Source: an uncultured bacterium
GTDB taxonomy: Bacteria; Auribacterota; UBA3054; JAPLST01
Assembly: GCA_964397565.1 (NCBI GenBank)
Contig: CAYNJC010000017.1
Span: forward strand, 15,753 to 79,752
Length of the DNA stretch: 64,000 nt
Direction: 5' to 3'
Position numbers and translations under genes: made by a program. Numbering within the stretch: position 1 is the stretch's first letter; the number at the start of each line of letters is the position of its first letter. Below are positions 46,233 through 54,683 of the stretch, piece after piece. Below the pieces are notes generated by a model. That model worked only from the letters and a program-made list of their open reading frames with translations, ran no database searches and was not told the DNA's origin.

Positions 46233-46329
46233 ACCGCATTCATGATGTCCCGCTGGCAAGTATGCAGCGGTCATAGTCCGGTAACTTTTCGGTTGATGGA
46301 TCGATAACCATTTGATTGGAGTCACCACG

Positions 46330-49300
46330 ATGAAACGCAGCTTTTTCACTCTCATTGTTCTTGGTCTTCTCTGTGTCAGTCGTGCAGCCAGCGCAGCCGT
46401 CATCCTCAGTGAAGGCTTCAACCAGGCCACGCTTCCCGCGGGCTGGTCGCTTTCAAATGCGACGCCGGTCACCTTCGTGACCAGCAGCACGTATCCAACA
46501 GCCGTGCCTTACGAAGGCACGCACTTTGTGAGGTTTAACTCGTTCAGTGTGTCGTCCGGCGTCCGCTCGCAGCTTGCCTCACCCAGCATGTCAACGGTTG
46601 GCAAGTCTGACATCAACGTCGTCTTTGCCTGGTATCGCGACACCGGTTATGCCAGCAACTGGGACCGCGTCTATGTACAGTACTCGATCGACGGCACGAC
46701 CTGGGCCGATGTCGCCATGTATCCGCGCACCAACACCGTCAACGGTTGGACCCTGCAAACCTGCCCGCTGCCGGCCGACGCGACCAATCAGCCGAATCTG
46801 CGCATTGCGTTTCTGTTTTGGTCGGCGTATGGCAACAACTGTTATCTTGACGCGGTCCAGGTTAAAGGCACGGCGCCCGGCGAAGTGGACCCGCCCGTCA
46901 ATTTCTCCGCCAGCGCAGCCAGCAAGACGCAGATCAACCTGGCATGGCAAGCCAATGCCGCCGGTGACGATGTCATAGTCGCCTCGAACGGCGTGGCCAC
47001 GTTTGGTGTGCCGGCCAACGGCACGAGCTATGCCGTCGGCACCGCGCTGCCGGGCGGTGGTGTCATCATATACAAAGGCAACGGCCTGGTGTACCCCTGC
47101 GACAACTTGACGATGGACACGCGCTATTATTATTCTGCCTGGTCGGTCAATGCGGTGACGACGTATTCGCCGGCCGTCACGGCCAACGCGCAAACGTTCG
47201 CGCCGGCCATTGACAGCTTTCCCTATCTGCAGGACTTTAACGGCGCCTGGCCACCCAGCGGATGGAGCGTCATTGACAACCTGAGCGCCGGTGGCACATG
47301 GGATTTGAACACGACCTGGAGTCGCCCGAACTATGCTGGCGGCAACGGCACCTGCGCGGATGCCGACTCGGATGCGTTTGGCGATGCCATGGACACCGAA
47401 TTGCGCGCCACCTTTGATTTTTCGGGCTTGACCAAGCCCGTCTTGAAATTCATCACGTCCTACAACGATTATAGCAGCTACGACAGCGCCCGCACCCAAG
47501 TCAGCACGAATGGCGGCACAACCTGGGTCACCCTGGCCAATTGGACGGTCGACATAGATCCGAATGGTCCGGGCAGCAACATCGTCTTCAACCTCGAGGG
47601 CTTCGCCGGCCAGCCCAATGTCATGTTGCGTTTCTGGTATGTGAGCGATTGGGATTGGTGGTGGGAAGTGGACAATGTGTATGTCTACGACAAGCTGCCG
47701 AACGTATACTTGGAGCCGACCAAGCAGAGCGGCGTGGGCTATCTTGGCGCCGCAGTCCCCTATCGCCTCTCGGCCGAGAACGCGACCGGCGGCGGCCGCG
47801 ATTTCAATTTCCAGTATGACAGCATCTGGCCGGTCAACGGCCCGAGCTCATCCGGCATCCTCGGTGATGGCGTGACCACCAACATCGTGGTCAGCGTGAC
47901 CGTGCCACTCACCGCGTATCAAGGCCAGGCCTGCACCACCACTGTACGTGCCGTCTCAAGCGATGGCACCTTCACCAACACGGCCCAGTTGATCACGTCG
48001 TGCACGTGGGAGAAAGACTTTTTCTACGAGGCCTTCACCACGTGGCCAAACGGCTGGACCAATTACTATGGCGGACCGCAGGTGGGCGGCTGGTATCGTG
48101 ATGCATACTACGGCGCCGCCGCGCACGGCAAGTTCGCGGGCGCAACCAACTGGCTGGTCTCACCCGCCATTGATTTGACCGGGCCTGGTCTGGATTCCCT
48201 CGAGTTGGCGTTTTTGTTTGGTTGCACCGCCGACCTGGTCAATGTCGAAGGCATCTACCTCTCGACCGGCAGTCGGAATCCGGCCGATGGCGCCTTTGTC
48301 AAGCTGGCGGACATCGAATCCGAAGCGCTCTACTGGTTCTGGAATTACGCCAATCTTCTGGCCTATGTCGGCAGCAACCCGGTCTATTTGGGCATTGCGT
48401 ATCTCGGCCCGAATGATTGGCAATTGGTCGACGAATTTCAGATTGCTGGCGCAAAAGTCGGCATTGACAATGCCATGCTGGCCGGCCCGCCGACGCTGCC
48501 GACCATCACCAGCTACGACAGCACGCTGGCCGTCACCGGCGGCATGTCCTATGCCGGCGAGACGGGCGCGAGCGGTCCTGCGCCATTCACCACGGCCGAA
48601 CTCGGCTTCGGCCCGACCGGCACGGTGCCCAACAGCGCGACGTGGACCTGGTTCCCCGCCGCGTATCTTGGCGCCGGCGGTGACTATGATCTGTACACCG
48701 CCGCACCGCAAGTGACCATCGCCGGCCCGCTCAATTATTGCTATCGCTTCCGGCGCGGCACAGCGGCTTGGGTCTATGGCGACTTGGATGGCAGCACCAA
48801 CGGCTTCAACCTTGACAAGGCCGGGGTGATCACGGTCAACATGTTGCCACCGCAAGGTGCGCTGCTGCGCAATCAGACCATTGGTCTCGATTGGGTAATT
48901 GGTCCCAGCTCATTTGTGGATCCGAGCAATGCGCCGCCCATCTACTGGGAAACCGCCGATGACCTTAACTTGCCCTACGATGCCCACATCAAGTCTGTGC
49001 GCATGGGTGGCATCTACTGGAATGCAGGCCGGCAAGGTCTGGAAGACGGCTTCTGGCTGCGCATTTACAACAACACCGTGACCAATCCGGGCAGCATGCT
49101 CTATCAGCAATATGTGCCCGGCTACGCCTGCGAGCAATTCCTCGGCGTGGACGGTAGTGGCCTCAATGACTACAAATATCAGGTGAATCTCAGTGCGCCA
49201 TTCCTCGCCGTCGCCGGCAACACCTACTGGATTTCGCTCCAGCAGGAAACGCGCAACGGCACCTACTGGTCGCTGCTCGACTCGTCCGATGCGGTCCGCG

Positions 49301-51183
49301 GCCTCGATGCCTGCCAGACAGATGCAAGCATGGTGTGGTCGCCGGTGGGCGGCGGCGGCGTTGATCTCGGCATGGAAGTCTACGGTGATGTGACCAATGC
49401 GGGCTTTGTCGCCGGTATGGTCCGCAACGCGGACACCCTGCTGCCGATCACCGACGCGCAGGTCATGATCACCAATGCCAGCTACATTAACAGCCGGCTG
49501 ACGATGGCCAACGGCACGTATGTCACGCCGGCCCCGGCTGGCACATACGACATCACCGTAACCAAGGCAGGCTATCTGCCGGCAACGGCTGCGGGTGTTA
49601 TCGTCGCCGTCGGCCAGACCAACACGCAGGACTTCCTACTCGAGGGTTCGCAGTTGTTTGTCAGCCCCACCAATGTTACCCGCATGATGGCGGCCGGGCA
49701 AATGGTGACGAATCAATTAGTGCTGACCAACAGCGGGCCACTGGCGGTGGACACAAGTCTGGCGCTGGCGAATTGGGGCTACACGAATGTCGTGCTGGCT
49801 CTTAAGGCCGCGAGCGCACTTGCTCCGGCCGCGCGTTTCCCGATCCGGATCGGCGCACCGTCACCGCGGATCAAGACCGGCAACTACGCCACCCGCGCCA
49901 CAACCGCAGCGGCGGCACCCACGGCGGTGCTCGGCAAGACCTGCTATGGCGTGAATATCTTCCAAACGTCCGGCGCGGTTACCCAGTTGTGGCAGTTCAC
50001 CACCACAACGCCCAGCACGCCCACGGTGACGCCGATCGGCCCGAGCAGCATGATCTGGGGCGGCGATTTCATTGGCGGCGACTATTCGCAGTTCTACGCT
50101 CTAACCACAGGCAACAGCTTGATTGCCATCAATGTTGTCAACGGGGCCGTCACCACGGTCGGCACGGCCACCCCGTCCGCCGGCGCGCAATGGTCCGGGA
50201 TGGCTGCTGCCAATGGCGGCACGGTCTATGCCAGCGCCAATACGGCCACCGGTGCCGAACTGTATACCATCAATCCTGCCACCGGCGCAGCCACGTTGAT
50301 TGGCACCATCACCGGTGCAAGCAACATCGGCGGCTTGGCGATCAGCCCCGGCGGCGCGTTGTATGGCGTGGATCTGACGGCAGATGTGCTGGTCAGCATC
50401 AACAAAACCAGCGGTGCCGGTACGGTCATCGGCGCGCTGGGCATGGATACGATCTACGATTCGGCCATGGATTACGATGACGAGCATGACATCCTCTATC
50501 TGGCCACCTGCGATGCCGACACGGCCAATGAAGATTGCGTACTGGTCACGGTCAACCCGGCGACGGGCGCCACGAATGGCTATCTCGGCCTGTTGGGCAA
50601 TGGCTTGACGCAGGTCACCGCGTTGGGCATTGTCGGTGCAAGTGCACCGCGCTGGGCGCGGCTGGGCACCAATGCGCTCTCGATTGCGGCCGGCGCGGTT
50701 GCCAACCTTGACGTCATTTTTGATGCCACCGTGGTCTCGAATCCGGGCACCTACACGGCCGAACTGGAGCTCAGCGGCACGCATGTCAATCCGCTGGCGC
50801 CGGTGCCGCTCAAGATGATCTTGGGCGTCGGTCCGATCATTAGCGCGCCGGCCTTGCTCGACTTCGGCGACGTCATTGTCGGCGAGACCGGCGGCGTGGA
50901 TCTGGTCGTCGGCAACATCGGCGTCGGCGTCCTGACGGGTGAGACCACGGGTGTGACTGCGCCGTTCGGCGTCTTGGGCGCGGCCGGCTACGGTATTCCG
51001 GCCGGCGCCAGCGTGACCCAGAATCTGGTCTTCACGCCGCCGCTGGAACTGGCCTACACCAACACGGCCGTGTTGACCGGCGGTGGCGGCGCAACCGTCA
51101 TCCTAGTCGGCGTCGGCATACCCGAGCCCGCGTTTGCATTTGGTCTGCTCGGTGTGGCGCTGCTGACGCGGCGGCGCACATGA
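46330..51183 (+). CDS. Large secreted PEP-CTERM surface protein, paralogue 2 (extra N-terminal jelly-roll + FN3-like module)
   Basis: Collinear with 41942-46078 and near-identical in many blocks. Extra ~240 aa after SLSNAT, including FN3-like PPVNFSASAASKTQINLAWQANAAGDDVIV. C-terminus GIPEPAFAFGLLGVALLTRRR. Confidence 0.7.
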   Translation: MKRSFFTLIVLGLLCVSRAASAAVILSEGFNQATLPAGWSLSNATPVTFVTSSTYPTAVPYEGTHFVRFNSFSVSSGVRSQLASPSMSTVGKSDINVVFAWYRDTGYASNWDRVYVQYSIDGTTWADVAMYPRTNTVNGWTLQTCPLPADATNQPNLRIAFLFWSAYGNNCYLDAVQVKGTAPGEVDPPVNFSASAASKTQINLAWQANAAGDDVIVASNGVATFGVPANGTSYAVGTALPGGGVIIYKGNGLVYPCDNLTMDTRYYYSAWSVNAVTTYSPAVTANAQTFAPAIDSFPYLQDFNGAWPPSGWSVIDNLSAGGTWDLNTTWSRPNYAGGNGTCADADSDAFGDAMDTELRATFDFSGLTKPVLKFITSYNDYSSYDSARTQVSTNGGTTWVTLANWTVDIDPNGPGSNIVFNLEGFAGQPNVMLRFWYVSDWDWWWEVDNVYVYDKLPNVYLEPTKQSGVGYLGAAVPYRLSAENATGGGRDFNFQYDSIWPVNGPSSSGILGDGVTTNIVVSVTVPLTAYQGQACTTTVRAVSSDGTFTNTAQLITSCTWEKDFFYEAFTTWPNGWTNYYGGPQVGGWYRDAYYGAAAHGKFAGATNWLVSPAIDLTGPGLDSLELAFLFGCTADLVNVEGIYLSTGSRNPADGAFVKLADIESEALYWFWNYANLLAYVGSNPVYLGIAYLGPNDWQLVDEFQIAGAKVGIDNAMLAGPPTLPTITSYDSTLAVTGGMSYAGETGASGPAPFTTAELGFGPTGTVPNSATWTWFPAAYLGAGGDYDLYTAAPQVTIAGPLNYCYRFRRGTAAWVYGDLDGSTNGFNLDKAGVITVNMLPPQGALLRNQTIGLDWVIGPSSFVDPSNAPPIYWETADDLNLPYDAHIKSVRMGGIYWNAGRQGLEDGFWLRIYNNTVTNPGSMLYQQYVPGYACEQFLGVDGSGLNDYKYQVNLSAPFLAVAGNTYWISLQQETRNGTYWSLLDSSDAVRGLDACQTDASMVWSPVGGGGVDLGMEVYGDVTNAGFVAGMVRNADTLLPITDAQVMITNASYINSRLTMANGTYVTPAPAGTYDITVTKAGYLPATAAGVIVAVGQTNTQDFLLEGSQLFVSPTNVTRMMAAGQMVTNQLVLTNSGPLAVDTSLALANWGYTNVVLALKAASALAPAARFPIRIGAPSPRIKTGNYATRATTAAAAPTAVLGKTCYGVNIFQTSGAVTQLWQFTTTTPSTPTVTPIGPSSMIWGGDFIGGDYSQFYALTTGNSLIAINVVNGAVTTVGTATPSAGAQWSGMAAANGGTVYASANTATGAELYTINPATGAATLIGTITGASNIGGLAISPGGALYGVDLTADVLVSINKTSGAGTVIGALGMDTIYDSAMDYDDEHDILYLATCDADTANEDCVLVTVNPATGATNGYLGLLGNGLTQVTALGIVGASAPRWARLGTNALSIAAGAVANLDVIFDATVVSNPGTYTAELELSGTHVNPLAPVPLKMILGVGPIISAPALLDFGDVIVGETGGVDLVVGNIGVGVLTGETTGVTAPFGVLGAAGYGIPAGASVTQNLVFTPPLELAYTNTAVLTGGGGATVILVGVGIPEPAFAFGLLGVALLTRRRT

Positions 51184-51198
51184 TCCAGGCCGTCTGAC

Positions 51199-52503
51199 AT
51201 GTCCGACTGGTTCGACATGTCCGACCTGCTGGTTGTCTTCTGCGCGGCGGCGCTCGTGGGAACTGCATCTCCCACCGGCGTCGCCGCGCCTGTTTTCACC
51301 AGCGGCTGGCAACGCTTAAATGCCTTGTTCGGCGCGGCCCTTTTTCAAGACACCAATCTCTGGAATGATGCCGATGCTGCCGTGGCCACGCGCCTTGGTC
51401 TGCCGCTCGAGTCACGCACGTCGCAGCAAGCCAGCTTTCGCGCCTATCCCGACGCACATGCCCGCCTGCTGGGCGCGCGCCCCTACTCCTGTGCCCTCTA
51501 TAGCGAAAGCGGCCAGGTGGCGTATCTCTCGATCATGTTTGCCAACAAAGGCGATGTCGAGGGCTTGTCGGTGGGCGGAGACCGCGATGCCTCGCGCGCC
51601 GATGCGCACCTGCGCAAGAAAGCATTGCAGACCTATCAGGACAAAATCCGCGCCGATGCCAAAACCATTGAAGCCACCTTGACCACAAGCTTGGGCACGC
51701 CGACGCAAGTGACGTTCGGTGAGGGCTCGCGCGACACGACCGAACGCGCGTGGCGCTGGAACGCCGGTGCTCACAGCATTCTCTTGTCTTCGCCAAAGGA
51801 CGAATATGTCGCCGTGCGCATTGTCCCGCGCGCCTTGGCCGATGCCGAAGGCCGCGCCCAACGTATTGATGACGCCACGCTGCGCGCCAGCTTGGCCACC
51901 CGCGTGCAGCAGCGCAAGAACGGCGATGTGATTGTCGGCGATATCCCCATGGTGGACCAGGGGCCGAAGGGCTTCTGCGTGCCGGCCACATGGGAGCGCT
52001 ACCTGCGCTACCTCGGCATTCCGGCCGACATGTACGTGCTCGCCATGGCCGGCGGCACCAGCGCCGGCGGCGGCACCTATCTCGCCGCCATGGAAGACAA
52101 TGTCAAGAAACTCGTGCTGCGCCATGGCCGGCGCATCGTGACCATACGCAAGGTGCCGAAAACGCGCTTCATTCAAGAATATATTGACAAAGGCATTCCG
52201 CTGATGTGGACGCTGGTCGTGCCGCGCGACTTTTACATGAGTTTGTCCGCACGCGCCCAAGAACGTCGCAGTGTCACCGATTGGAATGCCTGGAAAAAAC
52301 GGCTGCAGGCCCAGCGCGTCAGCGCCGATTCACTGCGCAAGCAGGCCGACGGCGGGCATATCTGCCTGATCATCGGCTACAACAAAATCACCGGTGAAAT
52401 TGCCACGTCCGACTCGTGGGGCAAGGGCTTCGAGGAACGCTGGATGACCGAGGCCGAAGCCGAAGCCATCGGCGCCCAGTATCTGACCGCCATCACGTGG
52501 TAA
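51199..52503 (+). CDS. Secreted protein with C-terminal papain-fold, peptidase C39-like domain
   Basis: N-terminal hydrophobic signal-like segment. VDQGPKGFCVPATWERYLRYLGI (Q-x5-C context), GGHICLIIGYN (His), SDSWG (Asp), giving Cys-His-Asp order as in C39-like peptidases. Confidence 0.5.
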   Translation: MSDWFDMSDLLVVFCAAALVGTASPTGVAAPVFTSGWQRLNALFGAALFQDTNLWNDADAAVATRLGLPLESRTSQQASFRAYPDAHARLLGARPYSCALYSESGQVAYLSIMFANKGDVEGLSVGGDRDASRADAHLRKKALQTYQDKIRADAKTIEATLTTSLGTPTQVTFGEGSRDTTERAWRWNAGAHSILLSSPKDEYVAVRIVPRALADAEGRAQRIDDATLRASLATRVQQRKNGDVIVGDIPMVDQGPKGFCVPATWERYLRYLGIPADMYVLAMAGGTSAGGGTYLAAMEDNVKKLVLRHGRRIVTIRKVPKTRFIQEYIDKGIPLMWTLVVPRDFYMSLSARAQERRSVTDWNAWKKRLQAQRVSADSLRKQADGGHICLIIGYNKITGEIATSDSWGKGFEERWMTEAEAEAIGAQYLTAITW

Positions 52504-52505
52504 TA

Positions 52506-52541
52506 TTGACAATTCGCCGTGTATATGCTCTAATGATATAC
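52506..52541 (+). promoter_or_regulatory. Putative promoter (TTGACA-17-TCTAAT) overlapped by inverted repeat GTATAT-N9-ATATAC
   Basis: TTGACA at 52506-52511. Inverted repeat at 52521-52526 / 52536-52541 encloses ctaatgata, which is reminiscent of Fur/PerR-type AT-rich boxes. Lies about 40 nt upstream of the rubrerythrin ATG. Confidence 0.3.
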
Positions 52542-52581
52542 GCTGTACGTTAGGTTAACAACTCACACAAAGGATGCCCCG

Positions 52582-53292
52582 ATGAAAACACTCCAAGCTC
52601 CACTGCTGATTGTGCTCGTGCTGCTGCTGTGCTGCATGACCACTGCACGTGCGGCTGCGCCGGCAGTCAAGAGCACTGCTGCACCGACGGCCCTCGCCCC
52701 AGCGCCGGAAGTCAAGCTCGAAGGTACAGCGCCCGCGGTTACCGAGGCGCCGGCCGCGTCAACCTTGGCCAACCTGCAGGCGGCCTACAACGGCGAGTCC
52801 AATGCCAAGGTCAGATACGAGGCCTTTGCCAAGAAGGCCGACGAAGAAGGTTACGCTGGCGTTGCCAGGCTCTTTCGTGCGGCCGCGCGCGCCGAGCAAG
52901 TGCACCTGGAAAACCATGCCAAGGTCATCCAAGCAATGAAGGGCACACCCACGGCCGTGATCGTGGCACCGGATGTCAAGAGCACCAAGGAAAACCTCGA
53001 GGCCGCGGTGGTTGGCGAGAATTATGAGCGCCTGACCATGTATCCGCAATTCATCGAGCTCGCCAAAAAGGAGAGGAACAGCAAGGCGGTGCAAACCTTC
53101 ACCCGTGCCATGAAAGTGGAAGCCGTGCATGCCACGCTGTACAAGGCCGCGCTCGACAACCTCGAACAATGGAAGAAAGCCGACAAGACGTTTCTGGTCT
53201 GCCCGGTTTGCGGCTATACGACGGATGATGGCACGTTCAAGAAATGCCCCATCTGCGCCACGCCACGCACAAAATTCATGGAAGTCAAATAG
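52582..53292 (+). CDS. Rubrerythrin with N-terminal signal-peptide-like segment and Ala/Pro-rich linker
   Basis: RBS aagga 7 nt upstream. MKTLQAPLLIVLVLLLCCMTTARA-AAP. Diiron half-sites E..EQVH and E..EAVH. C-terminal CPVCGY...CPIC rubredoxin-type knuckle. Confidence 0.75.
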   Translation: MKTLQAPLLIVLVLLLCCMTTARAAAPAVKSTAAPTALAPAPEVKLEGTAPAVTEAPAASTLANLQAAYNGESNAKVRYEAFAKKADEEGYAGVARLFRAAARAEQVHLENHAKVIQAMKGTPTAVIVAPDVKSTKENLEAAVVGENYERLTMYPQFIELAKKERNSKAVQTFTRAMKVEAVHATLYKAALDNLEQWKKADKTFLVCPVCGYTTDDGTFKKCPICATPRTKFMEVK

Positions 53293-54666
53293 GTGGCGCG
53301 CCATAGTGCTAAGCGCATGACGCTCGCACGACGCCGCTGGGCTGCGCGGGGTTTGTGGCTCTTCCTGGCCGCAAACCTCGCGCTCATTTTGTGCTGTTGG
53401 GCGTGGAACTCGGTCCACAGCACGGAAGGCAATCTTTTCGACCCGCTCAATGCGTCCCTGCTGTTGGCCTTCGGGCGCGCAGCCGGATTGCTGGCGGCCT
53501 CCTTGCTGCTCCTCCAGTTCATGCTCATCGGGCGGATTGCGTGGCTTGAGCGGGTCGTTGGCCATGACCGGCTCGCGCATGCCCACCACATCGTCGGCGC
53601 ACTATTTTTGCTTTGCCTCGTGGCGCACCCGATCCTGCTCGTCGCCCATTTTCAGGACGAGGGTTGGTGGGCAAAACTCGTCGACTTTTGGCAGAATTGG
53701 GATGACGTCGCCGCCGCCATGCTGGCTGCGCTTATCTTTCTCATCGTCTCGGTTTCTTCATGGCAGATCGCGCGGCGGCGCCTGCATTATGAATGGTGGC
53801 TGCTGATCCACGTCAGTGTCTACGTCGCGCTCGCACTTGCGTTTGCCCACCAGATCATGGTGGGCGGTGACTTTGTCGAGCATCCGGCCTTCGCCGCATA
53901 TTGGGTCGGCCTCTATGTCTTTGTCGCGGCGAATTACGCGTGGTATCGCGCGCTCCGTCCGCTGGTGCTTTACCGGCGCCACCGCTTTCAGGTTGTGCGC
54001 GTCGAACGCGAAAGCGATGGCATCACCTCGGTGTACATCGGCGGACGCCATCTGCAGCGCTGGCGCGCGCACGCCGGCCAATTCGTCTTTGTGCGCTTTC
54101 TCACGCCCGGCCTGCGCTGGTTTGCACACCCCTTCTCCCTCTCCGCCGCGCCGGATGGGCAGACCATTCGCCTCACCATCAAAGCGGTGGGCGATTATAC
54201 GCGCCGCATTCCCCAGCTCGCGCCCGGCACGCCAGTTGTCCTCGAGGGTCCGTTCGGCATCTTCATCGCCGACACCTGTCGCACGCGCGCTGCGGCATTG
54301 ATTGCCGGCGGCATCGGCATCACGCCCATTCGCGCACTCGCCCAAGAGCTCTGTGCGCGCGGCATTCCCTGCACGGTCCTCTACAGTGTGAGAACAACCA
54401 GCGACGCGGCCTTGGCCAACGAACTGCGGGCCGTACTCAGCGCACACCCCCAGGCCGTATTCCATCAAATTGTCACCAACGATCCCACCTGGCCGGGTGA
54501 GCGTGGCCGTCTTGATCAGCGCATGCTCACGCGCCTCATACCAGACATCGCCGACCGCGATGTGTTCATCTGCGGGCCGCAGCCAATGATGACCGCCATC
54601 CGCCGCGCCGCCGTCGCACGCGGCGTACCGCGGTGTGCCATCCATTACGAGCGATTCGCGCTGTAA
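53293..54666 (+). CDS. Ferric-reductase-domain (NOX/FRE family) membrane flavocytochrome with FAD/NAD(P)H-binding domain
   Basis: Six hydrophobic spans with His pairs HHIVGALFLLCLVAH (H-x13-H) and HVSVYVALALAFAH (H-x12-H). HPFSLS FAD motif, IAGGIGITP NAD(P)H motif, FICGPQPM. GTG start directly after the rubrerythrin TAG; an alternative ATG lies at 53317. Confidence 0.75.
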   Translation: MARHSAKRMTLARRRWAARGLWLFLAANLALILCCWAWNSVHSTEGNLFDPLNASLLLAFGRAAGLLAASLLLLQFMLIGRIAWLERVVGHDRLAHAHHIVGALFLLCLVAHPILLVAHFQDEGWWAKLVDFWQNWDDVAAAMLAALIFLIVSVSSWQIARRRLHYEWWLLIHVSVYVALALAFAHQIMVGGDFVEHPAFAAYWVGLYVFVAANYAWYRALRPLVLYRRHRFQVVRVERESDGITSVYIGGRHLQRWRAHAGQFVFVRFLTPGLRWFAHPFSLSAAPDGQTIRLTIKAVGDYTRRIPQLAPGTPVVLEGPFGIFIADTCRTRAAALIAGGIGITPIRALAQELCARGIPCTVLYSVRTTSDAALANELRAVLSAHPQAVFHQIVTNDPTWPGERGRLDQRMLTRLIPDIADRDVFICGPQPMMTAIRRAAVARGVPRCAIHYERFAL

Positions 54667-54683
54667 CAACTATCGGTGACACT

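Noticed and set aside
52765-53292. An alternative in-frame TTG start at 52765 that would yield a conventional cytoplasmic rubrerythrin without a signal peptide.
   Set aside because: It is kept only as the main caveat. The upstream ATG at 52582 has a good AAGGA RBS, and the 60 extra residues form a textbook signal peptide (n-region Lys, hydrophobic core, ARA-A site) plus linker, which is unlikely by chance. Only experimental N-terminus or TSS mapping can decide.
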